Shown here in pieces: positions 39,570-48,668 of a stretch of DNA of 56,937 nt. Every line of letters starts with the position of its first letter. Positions within the stretch are counted from its first letter, which is position 1. The notes beneath the pieces are model-generated. The model ran no database searches. It had not been told where the DNA came from and was given only the letters and a program-made list of their open reading frames with translations. The stretch comes from an uncultured Clostridia bacterium. Lineage in GTDB: Bacteria; Bacillota; Clostridia; Oscillospirales; CAG-272. The stretch is taken from assembly GCA_937902275.1 (NCBI GenBank), contig CALFNW010000141.1, positions 1 through 56,937 of the forward strand, written 5' to 3'. Position numbers and translations under genes: made by a program.

Positions 39570-42500
39570 CTAACGGCACCATTTTGCCTGCGCTCGGTAA
39601 TAATCGAGCACCGCATCCGCAATCGCCGCTCCGGCTCTTTCAAAGCCGCCGGCGGCAGTTACGCTTTCAAGCTCCTCGGCGCTCGTCATGAATCCAAGCT
39701 CGATAAGCACAGAAGGATAACGCTCGCACCTTACCATCGCAAGCCGCTGCTGTGCAGCGCCGCGGTTATATCTTCCGAGCGAAGCCGACAGACTTTCCGC
39801 CATGGATTCGGCAAGCGGATAACCGGCATATTCCCAATAAAGCGCCACAAGTCCGCGCACCTTTGAAACATCGACATTGTATTCCATTGAGTTCTGATGG
39901 ACCGAAATCGAAAGATCGGGAGTCAGCGTCTCAACATCGTTCATTCGTTCGGTAAGCGCGAGATACTCATCCTCGGTGCGCGTCATCACGACCTGTGCGC
40001 CGAGCGCGGCAAGCGCCTTTTCAGCGGCAGTTGCCACACCGAGATTCACCTGCGCTTCCTTAAAAATCGGCGATGCGCCCGACGCGCCCGCATCATAGCC
40101 GCCGTGGCCGGCGTCTATCACGATAGTTTTGCCTTCAAGCGGCTTGTCCGAATCGGCAAGCCCCGACGGATTCTTGAATCTCACGATCACCGTATTTCCC
40201 GAATATTTAAAATCAAAGCCGTAGAAATTCAGCGGATCGGCAAGCGTCAGATGATATCTGAAACAGTTCGCCTTGGTGCTCAGCTCGCTTCTTGCCGCCT
40301 TGAACAATACATCACCTGTATCGACCGTCAACTCGGGACGGCTTGATATATCCGTATTGTATACGTTAAGAATAAACTCACCGTTCTCCACCCTGCCGTT
40401 CATCGGCATCGGAGTGTCGGAATCAAGGTACAGGCAGGTATACTCTCCCTCGTTGACAAGGCGCGCCGCCGTCACCTTTGCCGTCGGCACCTCTGCGTCA
40501 AGCTCTTTAACGTTTGCTTCGGCAACATATCCGCCGACTCTGAGCAGATAGAAACCGTTTTCAAGGCGTTTGGCATTATCGCGCATTCCGGGCGCCTGAG
40601 AAGTAAAGTCATCATACGAATAACTGTCGGTCGCGACCTTGAGCGGGGTGTGCTCGCCTGTAACCTCGATCGGTATTACCGCATTAGCGCCGAGAGCCCG
40701 CACACTGCAAAGAGCCGTCGTTGCGCTCTGCTTTCCTTTCACCGCAGTAACATTAAGCACGTTTGCATTGCCGACGCTGCCAGCAGGCTCATTTGCAAGC
40801 GATATCCTGCCGGAATATATTTCTTCGTAAAGCTTGTCTGTACCCGGAGCCTTCCCCTGTGCCGTAAGCTCCACCGAAATCTCGCCGAGCTTGCATACCA
40901 CTTTGCTTCCGGAGGGCGCCTTCACGCTGACCGAAAGCGTTTCGGTGCAGGGCAAAGCCGCATCGGAAGTCGGCGTTATCGGAATTATTTCAAACTTTTC
41001 CATAATAGGATAACTGACCGCCCCGCCGGTACTGCCGCCCGACTGACCGGAAGCGCCGTTGTAAAGTATAAACTCAAAGTCCTTGCCGTTCTGGCTCAAG
41101 ACGATAGTATTTTTGCCTTTTACAAGAGCGCTCGAAAGCGAGTAGTAGCCGCTTTTGGTCCGACTCACCTTTTTGCCGTTATAATAAAGCGGATACGCAG
41201 GATCCGACTGTCCGAGCAGGTAGGTCTTTTCGATTCCGGACAGTGTTGAACCGTTCGCGGGGCTGGAAAGCGTCACATCCTCTCCTGTAGGCACCGGATC
41301 CGAATATATAATATTTTCGGAATAGACGCGTCTGATCTCGTCGCGAAGTCCGCCCGAATTGCTTTTAAGCGCCGCATAACCGTAAAGTATGCTTCCGCGA
41401 TATGTAAGCTCACTGCGCGCAAATTCGATCTGTGACGAAAGCTCACCCGGGGTTTCCGCCCATTCATCGGAATAGCGATAAGCGGCATGGCTTATCAGAA
41501 GATCTACATCCGTACCGTCGCAAAGCGAATTCCAATAGCGCGTAAGCGTGTCGTAGCGCGCCGCCTTGTTCGTAAAGCTCCAATATATCTGAGGGGCAAT
41601 GTAGTCGATATATCCGCCGTCGATCCACGCCTTTGCGTCACAGTAAAGCTCATTGTACGCTTCAAGCCCCGAGGTATCGCTTCCTCCGTTTGAGCCGTCA
41701 TCGTTCAGACGTATACCGAAAGGCGATACACCGAAACTGCAATCGCCTCTGACGGATTTTACCGTGTCATAGCAGAGCTTTACAAGCGCGTTGACATTCT
41801 CGCGCCGCCAATCGGCAAGTGCCTTGCCGTTTCCGTAAATCTTGTATGCCGCCGCGTCGTCAAATTCGGCGGCCTTGCCGCCGACCTTTACGGTATACGG
41901 ATAGAAATAATCGTCAAATACCACTCCGTCCACTGCATAATTTTCGACTATCTCATGTACACCGTCCGCAATCAGCGTGCGCACCTCGGGAAGGCCGAGA
42001 TTATAGTAAAGCTTGCCGTCGGCATATGCGACGGTGTATTCGGGGTGCAATCTTGCCGGATTATTTTCGGCAAGCACGGAGGTATCATGCGCAGGCGAAG
42101 CCTGATTTCCGAAAGTCACTCTCACCGGATTGACCCATGCGTGTACCTTGATATTTTCGGCGTGAGCCGCCTCGGTCAGATATCCGAGCGCATCAAAGCC
42201 TATGTCCTTGCCCTGCGCGCCGGTCAGATACTCCGAGCTTGGGAAAAGCGTTGAAGCATAAAGCGCGTCCGAGCAGGGCCTTACTTGGAAAAATATAGCA
42301 TTGATCCCGTCGGCGGCACATTCGGCAACAATAGCGTCAAGCTCGCTTTTGAGCGAGCTTATGCCGAGTCCTTTGACGCTCGGAAAGTTAATATTGTTCA
42401 CGCTTGCGATCCATACGCCGCGCACCTCCGAATCGGGATCCGGTATTCCGCCCCCTCCGGGTTCGCCGTCCGACGGCAGCAATTGTTCGATCGACGGATT

Positions 42501-42656
42501 TTTACCGTCCATGCCGGGCAGCACCATCGTCGTTTTTGCCGAAACTATACCAAGCACACCCATAATCATAGCCGCCACGGTAATAAACGCCGTCGCGCCG
42601 TACAGTATTTTGACTTTAAAGTTATCAAGATCAAATATATTCAAGGTAGCTGTCAC
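39570..42656 (-). CDS. membrane-anchored GHL10 (DUF187-type glycosyl-hydrolase-like) / N-acetylmuramoyl-L-alanine amidase (Amidase_3) fusion
   Basis: GTG start after GGAGGGA. It has an N-terminal TM segment, a GHL10-like TIM barrel (RGVWIASVNNINFPS...), middle beta-rich repeats, and a C-terminal IVIDAGHGGYDAGASG...SVHQNS...ELGFMTS. Confidence 0.75.
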   Translation of the reverse strand: MTATLNIFDLDNFKVKILYGATAFITVAAMIMGVLGIVSAKTTMVLPGMDGKNPSIEQLLPSDGEPGGGGIPDPDSEVRGVWIASVNNINFPSVKGLGISSLKSELDAIVAECAADGINAIFFQVRPCSDALYASTLFPSSEYLTGAQGKDIGFDALGYLTEAAHAENIKVHAWVNPVRVTFGNQASPAHDTSVLAENNPARLHPEYTVAYADGKLYYNLGLPEVRTLIADGVHEIVENYAVDGVVFDDYFYPYTVKVGGKAAEFDDAAAYKIYGNGKALADWRRENVNALVKLCYDTVKSVRGDCSFGVSPFGIRLNDDGSNGGSDTSGLEAYNELYCDAKAWIDGGYIDYIAPQIYWSFTNKAARYDTLTRYWNSLCDGTDVDLLISHAAYRYSDEWAETPGELSSQIEFARSELTYRGSILYGYAALKSNSGGLRDEIRRVYSENIIYSDPVPTGEDVTLSSPANGSTLSGIEKTYLLGQSDPAYPLYYNGKKVSRTKSGYYSLSSALVKGKNTIVLSQNGKDFEFILYNGASGQSGGSTGGAVSYPIMEKFEIIPITPTSDAALPCTETLSVSVKAPSGSKVVCKLGEISVELTAQGKAPGTDKLYEEIYSGRISLANEPAGSVGNANVLNVTAVKGKQSATTALCSVRALGANAVIPIEVTGEHTPLKVATDSYSYDDFTSQAPGMRDNAKRLENGFYLLRVGGYVAEANVKELDAEVPTAKVTAARLVNEGEYTCLYLDSDTPMPMNGRVENGEFILNVYNTDISSRPELTVDTGDVLFKAARSELSTKANCFRYHLTLADPLNFYGFDFKYSGNTVIVRFKNPSGLADSDKPLEGKTIVIDAGHGGYDAGASGASPIFKEAQVNLGVATAAEKALAALGAQVVMTRTEDEYLALTERMNDVETLTPDLSISVHQNSMEYNVDVSKVRGLVALYWEYAGYPLAESMAESLSASLGRYNRGAAQQRLAMVRCERYPSVLIELGFMTSAEELESVTAAGGFERAGAAIADAVLDYYRAQAKWCR

Positions 42657-42694
42657 CGCCGATCCCTCCGAGTTTTGCCGTAGATTATATCTTG

Positions 42695-42723
42695 ATTATA
42701 CCAAAAATCGACAGCGTTTGCAA
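42695..42723 (-). promoter_or_regulatory. promoter TTGCAA-17-TGgTATAAT
   Basis: -35 at 42718-42723 and -10 at 42695-42700, on the minus strand upstream of the amidase gene. Confidence 0.6.
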
Positions 42724-42857
42724 CCCGGAAAAGCAATTATTCCGTTAAAATTCTATGGCAATTTATACCGAAAAATTCATAAAAGCGGCGGCAGATCAAT
42801 TTTGTCCGTATAAATGCTTTCGCAGACAGGAGTACACGCCGTTTTTTGATCCGACAG

Positions 42858-42911
42858 CATAAAAATTCCGAGAGGATGAGAAAAGCCGATAAGCTCTTCT
42901 CATTCTCTCGG
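42858..42911 (-). terminator. intrinsic terminator after the DapA-like gene
   Basis: Minus strand CCGAGAGAATGAGAA-loop-TTCTCATCCTCTCGG followed by AATTTTTAT. Confidence 0.55.
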
Positions 42912-42934
42912 TCCTGCGAAAGTTTATATTCGGA

Positions 42935-43870
42935 TCATTTTCCGCTGTCCGAAAAGAAGCGTTCAACAATGTCGGTCTCGTATTTCATCTGCTTCATACA
43001 GCTTTTATCATAATCGCGAAGCTCGTCAGGGCGACGGTTTCTTGAAATAAGCTCCGTTTCGATCCCGCACAAGCCGAAGTGGTATTTTGCGGTCAGCGGA
43101 TACGCAAGCGTTTCGGTAAAGCCGAGATTTCCGATCACCGACTGAATCGCTTCTGCCCGACCGTCGCCTGCTTCAACGCTGTTTTTCAAAAGCGTATACA
43201 GCTTCGGATGAAAGTTGCACATAATACCGCAGTATCCGTCCGCACCGAGCCTTACCGATTCAAGCAGAGTCTGACAGTTTGCATTAAGTAATTTGAAATC
43301 GCTTCCCTTGAGTATATCACAGCGTCTGCCTATTTCCTTTGCGTCGCAGCAAGTATCTTTCATATATGCAAATCTTCCGCTCTCGGCGCAAAACTCAAGT
43401 ATACGGTCGCTTGTCAGTCTCTTGTAAGGCAGCGGGCACTCATATAACCCGAGCTTTGCAGTGCTCGGAAGCCCGCTCATCACGCTTTTGAGGTTTTCAA
43501 GGAAAACACTGTCGCCTCGCATATATCTGTCAAAACGGTTCGTTACCATTATCAGCGCGTCGGTACCGCTCTCATATATGCGGTTAAGTTCGTTGATCTG
43601 TGCATCAAGCTCATCCGAGATATGCCCGGAAGAAACTACGGTAAAGCGTCTGCCGTGCTTCTGCTCAAGCGCTTTGGCGCGCTTATATACGACTCGGTTA
43701 AGCTCTACACGTTCTTCGAGCGAAAGATATATCATTTCGCTCGATTGGCAAACCGCAAAAATTCCGTCCAGGCCGGCGTCGAAATACCAATCCACATATT
43801 TTTCGGCGGTGTCATAATCTATGTCACCGTTTTTGGTGTAGGGCGTAATCATCGTTACAAAACATTCCAT
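42935..43870 (-). CDS. dihydrodipicolinate synthase/N-acetylneuraminate lyase family protein
   Basis: DapA-fold class I aldolase (TPYTKNG..., GIFAVCQSSE, YMKDTC lysine context). Confidence 0.75.
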   Translation of the reverse strand: MECFVTMITPYTKNGDIDYDTAEKYVDWYFDAGLDGIFAVCQSSEMIYLSLEERVELNRVVYKRAKALEQKHGRRFTVVSSGHISDELDAQINELNRIYESGTDALIMVTNRFDRYMRGDSVFLENLKSVMSGLPSTAKLGLYECPLPYKRLTSDRILEFCAESGRFAYMKDTCCDAKEIGRRCDILKGSDFKLLNANCQTLLESVRLGADGYCGIMCNFHPKLYTLLKNSVEAGDGRAEAIQSVIGNLGFTETLAYPLTAKYHFGLCGIETELISRNRRPDELRDYDKSCMKQMKYETDIVERFFSDSGK

Positions 43871-43973
43871 ATGCTTCCCTCCGTGCGCACATATTTTTTC
43901 TTTTATTTTAAAGCCTCACCGAGTTTTTTTCAATTCGATCGACCGCCGTTTTTTTATAAAATAGCGACACATC

Positions 43974-44002
43974 TTGATTTCGGCTTTCCAGATTGATATA
44001 AT
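43974..44002 (+). promoter_or_regulatory. promoter TTGATT-17-TATAAT
   Basis: -35 at 43974-43979 and -10 at 43997-44002, upstream of the AraC gene at 44088. Confidence 0.5.
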
Positions 44003-44087
44003 ATAATCAATACGGCAGCAGATCAAAAACACAGCCCTTGCATTTTGCAAACAAAGCCCGCTGGTTCACGCGGCACGGAGATCAACC

Positions 44088-44900
44088 ATGAAACTCTTAT
44101 ATTGTTGCGACTCTCAGACAAAAGACGGTTTTCTGAAAAGCTGTTACTTCAAATCGTTGCGCGGCAAGCGCGATCTTAATGTCAAAGGTTCTCACCATCA
44201 CTCTGAATTTGAAATTCATATTATAATAAAGGGGCATCAAAGCTACGGCTTCGGCGATAATACCGAAACTGTCAAAGCCGGCTCTTATCTTATGATCGCG
44301 CCGAACGTCAGCCATTTTCTCGCATCAAGCTCGGATGACTGCGAAAAATTTGCGCTCGTATTCTCGCTGAATTCGGAAATCGGAGAGATTCCGCCGTATT
44401 TCATCGGCGCGTCCGATAAGCGCATACTTGAAAATATAAGCTTCATCCGCTCCGAGTGCGCCCGGCGCGACTGCTTCTCGGAAATACTTATATGCAAGGC
44501 GGTCGAAGAAAGCGCCGCACTGTTTTTACGCGCGGTCGGACTTAATTGCATCGCCTCCGATAAGTGCAAAGCCAAAAGGGCGGACAATCGTTCGGAGTTA
44601 GCCAAAAGATTCATCTCGGACAACGCGGACAAACAGCTCTCGCTTCCCGAAGTGGCGGCATACTGCCATGTCAGCCCGCGTCAGCTCATGAGAACATTCA
44701 AAGGCGCTGAAGGAATGACCGTAAGCGAATATATCACCAAGTGCAGGCTTGAGCTTATCAAAAAACTGCTCGGAGAGCACACGCTCACTCTTGCCGAGAT
44801 CGGCGAGCGCACCGGCTTTGCCAACGAATACTATTTCAATTCATATTTCAAGAAAAACTGCGGCGTACCGCCGGGAGAATACCGTAACAGCCGGAATTGA
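44088..44900 (+). CDS. AraC family transcriptional regulator
   Basis: Cupin-like N-terminus and a C-terminal HTH (IGERTGFANEYYFNSYFKKNCGVPPGEYR). Confidence 0.85.
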   Translation: MKLLYCCDSQTKDGFLKSCYFKSLRGKRDLNVKGSHHHSEFEIHIIIKGHQSYGFGDNTETVKAGSYLMIAPNVSHFLASSSDDCEKFALVFSLNSEIGEIPPYFIGASDKRILENISFIRSECARRDCFSEILICKAVEESAALFLRAVGLNCIASDKCKAKRADNRSELAKRFISDNADKQLSLPEVAAYCHVSPRQLMRTFKGAEGMTVSEYITKCRLELIKKLLGEHTLTLAEIGERTGFANEYYFNSYFKKNCGVPPGEYRNSRN

Positions 44901-44936
44901 AGCCGCTTTTCAGCGCTCATCATGCTTGTATAAAAC

Positions 44937-44979
44937 ACAAGGGGCATAAAAAGTCAGTTTGACTTTTTATGCCCCTTGT
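44937..44979. terminator. palindromic bidirectional terminator element (family copy 2)
   Basis: ACAAGGGGCATAAAAAGTCA-gtt-TGACTTTTTATGCCCCTTGT, a 20-bp stem. Confidence 0.7.
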
Positions 44980-45001
44980 CAGGCAGGCCAGACTTTTCTG
45001 C

Positions 45002-45865
45002 TCAACCCTCTATCATGCGTCTGAGATTATCTCTGCCACGCGAAATGCCGGCAATGCAGTCCTCACCGCCCTCGTACTCGACCGTAACATAGCCGTCATA
45101 ACCGGCACGCTTAAGTATGCTTATGCATTGTGCAACCGGAATGTCTCCTTCTCCGATCACACAGCCGTAAAGCAGATTGCAGGCGCGCGTGACGATACAG
45201 CCCGTCGGCTCCGCCTCGCCGAAACGCCGCTTTATAAAGTCCTTTGCGTGTACGTGGATCGCATACGGCGCAAGTCTCGATACCGCAAGCGTACTGTCCT
45301 CATCAACGCACGCAAAGTTTCCTATGTCAACCAAAAGTCCGAAATTATCGCGTCCCACCTCGGCAAACAGTGCCTCAACTCTCGTACTGTCCTGCGAAAT
45401 AAAGCCGTGGTTTTCGGTGCAGGTACGAATATGCTTATCCGCGGCAATATCGGCGACTGCACGGACGTTTTCAACTATGGTCGGAAGCATGGTGTAGAAC
45501 GATCTGCCGACACCCTCTCCGGTGAGGCTATGGCAGATATCGTGACGCATGATCTTCGCGCCGAGTATCTCTGCCACTTCAAGCTGACCGCGCAGTCTTT
45601 CGATCTCCCGCAGATCGCGGTCGCGGTTCCCGTTAAAAAGGTTTGCCCCGATAGTATACGCAACGACCACAATGCCGTACTTTTCACATTCCTCGCGGAT
45701 GCGCTTTGCAAGCTCCTTCTGCCCGTCAAGCGTATCGGCAAAAAGATCAATGAAGTCTATACCTTCAAACCCCATCTCATGTGCACGCAAAACGCAGTCA
45801 AGCTGTGTCATTTTTCCGTTGTTTATATACTGACTGTAAGAGTAACTGCTGACCGATAGTTTCAT
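45002..45865 (-). CDS. sugar phosphate isomerase/epimerase (xylose-isomerase-like TIM barrel)
   Basis: AP_endonuc_2-type barrel (GFEGIDF..., TENHG, HVHAKD, VEYEG). ATG 45865 follows GGAGGAGAAATC. Confidence 0.8.
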   Translation of the reverse strand: MKLSVSSYSYSQYINNGKMTQLDCVLRAHEMGFEGIDFIDLFADTLDGQKELAKRIREECEKYGIVVVAYTIGANLFNGNRDRDLREIERLRGQLEVAEILGAKIMRHDICHSLTGEGVGRSFYTMLPTIVENVRAVADIAADKHIRTCTENHGFISQDSTRVEALFAEVGRDNFGLLVDIGNFACVDEDSTLAVSRLAPYAIHVHAKDFIKRRFGEAEPTGCIVTRACNLLYGCVIGEGDIPVAQCISILKRAGYDGYVTVEYEGGEDCIAGISRGRDNLRRMIEG

Positions 45866-46048
45866 GATTTCTCCTCCGTTTTTCTCAAGGCGGTTCCGCA
45901 AGGACATCTGTGATACCTTCGCGGTGCTGCCTTAATTTTAATACACGGCATAAGAAATGTAAATAGAAAAAAAGCTATTTTTTATATTTGAATTCGGTCA
46001 TTACTGCGTGCGGCGTGCAAACGCAGGCAAAGGCAAGTATACTGGTAC

Positions 46049-46528
46049 TCAGCAGTCCGCCTTGTAGCGTTTCTTCACTCTTGCAAGTATTTCCGCGTGA
46101 TGCTCCTCATCAAGCGCAAGACGGCTGTACAGCTGACTGAGCTTTTCGTCCGCGCACGCGGCCGCCGCACGCGCAAACTCAAGCGAAGACGCTTCCTCAG
46201 CAGCAATATCGTCCGAGAATCCGTCGGATGCTCCGCGCTTTGCGCCGACGACGGCTCCGCGAACATCAAGCGATACCCCCGAGCGATGCAGTATATGCCC
46301 GAGCATTTTAAAATGTTTGAGTTCACACACGGCAATGCAGTCATAAATATCGGCAAGTACCCTGTGCTCCTCTGCATTGACAATATTCAGGTAAAGATAT
46401 CTGTCAAATGCCGCAAGCTTTGCCGCATACAAGCGATAAAGCGTTATGATATCACGACGGTCATGCAGTGCATCCGCCTCGGGCGGATAGGCAAGCTCAA
46501 GCGAACAGTTAAAGCTCTTTTCTTCCAT
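46049..46528 (-). CDS. ferritin-like (rubrerythrin/bacterioferritin-fold) domain protein
   Basis: Two E..H-type helices (CELKHFKMLGHIL; LDEEHHAEIL). ATG 46528 follows GGGGA and 5 nt. The family assignment is tentative. Confidence 0.5.
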   Translation of the reverse strand: MEEKSFNCSLELAYPPEADALHDRRDIITLYRLYAAKLAAFDRYLYLNIVNAEEHRVLADIYDCIAVCELKHFKMLGHILHRSGVSLDVRGAVVGAKRGASDGFSDDIAAEEASSLEFARAAAACADEKLSQLYSRLALDEEHHAEILARVKKRYKADC

Positions 46529-46540
46529 AACGATCCCCAT

Positions 46541-46559
46541 GCCGTCTGAGACGGCTCAA
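46541..46559 (-). promoter_or_regulatory. family-A leader hairpin TTGAGCCGTCTCAGACGGC
   Basis: Exact 11-mer followed by the GCCGTC-TCA-GACGGC hairpin. It lies 20 nt from the 11-mer to ATG 46528. Confidence 0.6.
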
Positions 46560-46848
46560 AAATATAAGCACAACTCCAATTCGGAAAGCTTGATACACGC
46601 ATCGGCTACCGCCTTGCGTGATAATATGTAAACGTTTCCCGAAAATTGCTGACGCAAAGCAAAGGTCCGCAATTCGCCAATCAAAGCTTTCGCGCGACTT
46701 TTTCCGATGAGATATGTTATTAACATATGCAGATCGGCCGCAATGTGTGACCTGTGCCGTAAAACGGAAACCGCTCGTAAACGACCGCCGAATCGACAAG
46801 ACAGGCAGCGTTCACAAAAACGTTACATTTCTTTGTGTTATCAAGGGA

Positions 46849-46878
46849 TTGTAAACTCAGATAGCGTCATGGTATAAT
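46849..46878 (+). promoter_or_regulatory. promoter TTGTAA-18-TGgTATAAT
   Basis: -35 at 46849-46854 and -10 at 46873-46878, upstream of the GNAT gene. Confidence 0.5.
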
Positions 46879-46946
46879 TAGAAAATATACGTAATATACG
46901 AAAAAACGAAACTGCAAAAGCATTTTATGAAAAGAGGAAGTCGGCA

Positions 46947-47471
46947 ATGGAAATACGGAAAGCTCAGAAATCCGATCTCAACAGCATAGAGAAAATCTAT
47001 GAAAGGATCCACGACGGCGAAGAAAAAGGGCTGTCAACGGTCGGGTGGATCCGCAATGTTTATCCTACCGTAAAGACGGCTGAAGAAGCACTGAATCGCG
47101 GCGATCTGTTCGTTATGGCTGATGACGGTAAGATCACAGCGGCGGCAGTCATAAATCGGATCCAGGTCAAAGAATACAAAAACGCACAGTGGAAGCATGA
47201 TGCAACGGATAATGAAGTCATGGTACTGCACGCTCTTACGGTCGATCCGCTTGAAACGGGCAAAGGATACGGGCGTGCGTTTGTCGCATTTTATGAGGAT
47301 TATGCAAAAGAACACGGCTGTCCGGCTTTACGTATGGATACAAATGTAAAAAATACAAGAGCACGCAAGCTGTATCAATCGCTTGGATATGAGGAGATCG
47401 GAGTCGTGTCCTGTGTATTTAACGGTATTCCCGACGTGCAGTTAGTGTGTTTGGAAAAATATCTCGGATAA
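46947..47471 (+). CDS. GNAT family N-acetyltransferase
   Basis: VDPLETGKGYGRAFV...RARKLYQSLGYEE acetyl-CoA binding core. Confidence 0.85.
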   Translation: MEIRKAQKSDLNSIEKIYERIHDGEEKGLSTVGWIRNVYPTVKTAEEALNRGDLFVMADDGKITAAAVINRIQVKEYKNAQWKHDATDNEVMVLHALTVDPLETGKGYGRAFVAFYEDYAKEHGCPALRMDTNVKNTRARKLYQSLGYEEIGVVSCVFNGIPDVQLVCLEKYLG

Positions 47472-47542
47472 GCTCTTTACCGAACCGGAACGACAGATCC
47501 GATAACAAAATATTCTGATTTTGATGTTGTTTTGACTATGCC

Positions 47543-47575
47543 AAAAACGGCGCGACCTCGGTCACGCCGTTTTTT
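47543..47575. terminator. bidirectional intrinsic terminator
   Basis: AAAAACGGCGCGAC-ctcg-GTCACGCCGTTTTTT. Confidence 0.7.
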
Positions 47576-47614
47576 AACGCAGTTTTGAAAACACCGCTGC
47601 AAGAAGCAATGCTT

Positions 47615-48445
47615 TCAGAATTCATATCCGTTTCTGATGTTTTCTTCAATAGTTACACCGGCATAGAAAGTGGTTTCGTCGGCAACTATTTTGTCGTAAT
47701 CCATTTCGTTTGAAAGATATTTAAGAATCGCAATGTTGTTGTTCTGAAAACGGCTCTCGTTCCAGGTCGCACAAAAGTAAAGATAGTTTTCGGGCATTAC
47801 CGAAATACCGTCTGAAAATACTTCATCAACCGCGGCATAAGCTTCATTGCTCGGCTTACAGTATAAAATGTAGGGAGAGGTGGCAAACTGATATACGCGC
47901 TTACCGCCCGCCCCGAGCTTTGAGTCGTATACGACGCCGTCTACAGTGTCGGGGAAATATTCGTTTCCGAGACGATTTCTGATAACCTGCGCCACCGCAA
48001 GCATTTCGTAATACTTAAGCTCCTCTCTTTCAAACTGTTCGATATATGCATTGTTGCCGATAACTTCAAGCTGACATACCGCCGCGACCGTATCACGTTC
48101 GGCATCGGTCAGCGCGTAAGCCCTGCCGGATGAGACCGCGATCTTGTAATAGGTGCTGAGCGGTATACTTCCGAGTGCATTTATGCTCTCGGAAGCAGCG
48201 TCTCCGTCAAGCGTCTCATGAGCCGTCTTGACAATAGCGTGCACGGCATCGGCGGTATTTTCGGCAGTACCGAAATCAATACCCGTTGCAATGCGACTCG
48301 CATCGGAGACTTTAACGGATTCATGCACGGCAGGCAGTTCAAGCGTAATTCTGCCGAATCCCGAAAATGCTTCGGCGATCAACATAAATAACATCATGAA
48401 AAGCAACGTTGCCGCAATATAAATCGACTGTTTCCGTTCGGTCAT
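47615..48445 (-). CDS. SleB/CwlJ-family cell wall hydrolase (Hydrolase_2-like), membrane anchored
   Basis: N-terminal TM segment and LAVAQVIRNRLGNEYFPDTVDGVVYD...YQFA. ATG 48445 has GAAAGGA 9 nt upstream; the track alternative is 48454. Confidence 0.65.
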   Translation of the reverse strand: MTERKQSIYIAATLLFMMLFMLIAEAFSGFGRITLELPAVHESVKVSDASRIATGIDFGTAENTADAVHAIVKTAHETLDGDAASESINALGSIPLSTYYKIAVSSGRAYALTDAERDTVAAVCQLEVIGNNAYIEQFEREELKYYEMLAVAQVIRNRLGNEYFPDTVDGVVYDSKLGAGGKRVYQFATSPYILYCKPSNEAYAAVDEVFSDGISVMPENYLYFCATWNESRFQNNNIAILKYLSNEMDYDKIVADETTFYAGVTIEENIRNGYEF

Positions 48446-48560
48446 ATGCTTCATTCCTTTCTTTGAGATTTGCGCACGGCTTATTGCCGCGCAAAACTTT
48501 GCGCCGACCGTAAAATTTGTCGGCTCGTATGAAAACTATGTGAAATAATATAAAAGTGTA

Positions 48561-48589
48561 TTGACTTTGCGGGTCTGCTAATGTATAAT
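48561..48589 (+). promoter_or_regulatory. promoter TTGACT-17-TATAAT
   Basis: -35 at 48561-48566 and -10 at 48584-48589. Confidence 0.6.
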
Positions 48590-48668
48590 TTATACGGTTT
48601 GACCCCGCTTTTGCGGGGAAACTGCATTTATTATTTGGGGAATATAAATTCCCGGGAAGGACGTTTCA

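Noticed and set aside
44056-44074. A possible further example of the 'hairpin 13 nt upstream of the start' pattern before the AraC gene at 44088
   Set aside because: Only a 4-bp stem (CCGC/GCGG) with an 8-nt loop can form. This is too weak to count as a family member.
44969-45859. 296-aa + strand ORF, plus 49806-50564 (252 aa) and 38705-39691 (328 aa)
   Set aside because: These lie antisense to, or overlap, the well-supported isomerase, mrnC and ATP-grasp genes. They lack an SD and have atypical composition.
46539-46550. ATGCCGTCTGAG resembles the Neisseria DNA uptake sequence ATGCCGTCTGAA
   Set aside because: It is only an 11/12 match. The gene content is Firmicutes-like, there are only three GCCGTCT copies, and all are positioned relative to start codons. 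This is a coincidental overlap with the family-A hairpin.
46509-46799. 96-aa minus-strand ORF, plus 34161-34544 and 53230-53433 on the minus strand
   Set aside because: These run through intergenic hairpin and palindrome elements. The shared 'GCKKL.LSFLHP' peptide is just the translated palindromic repeat. They lack an SD and overlap real genes.
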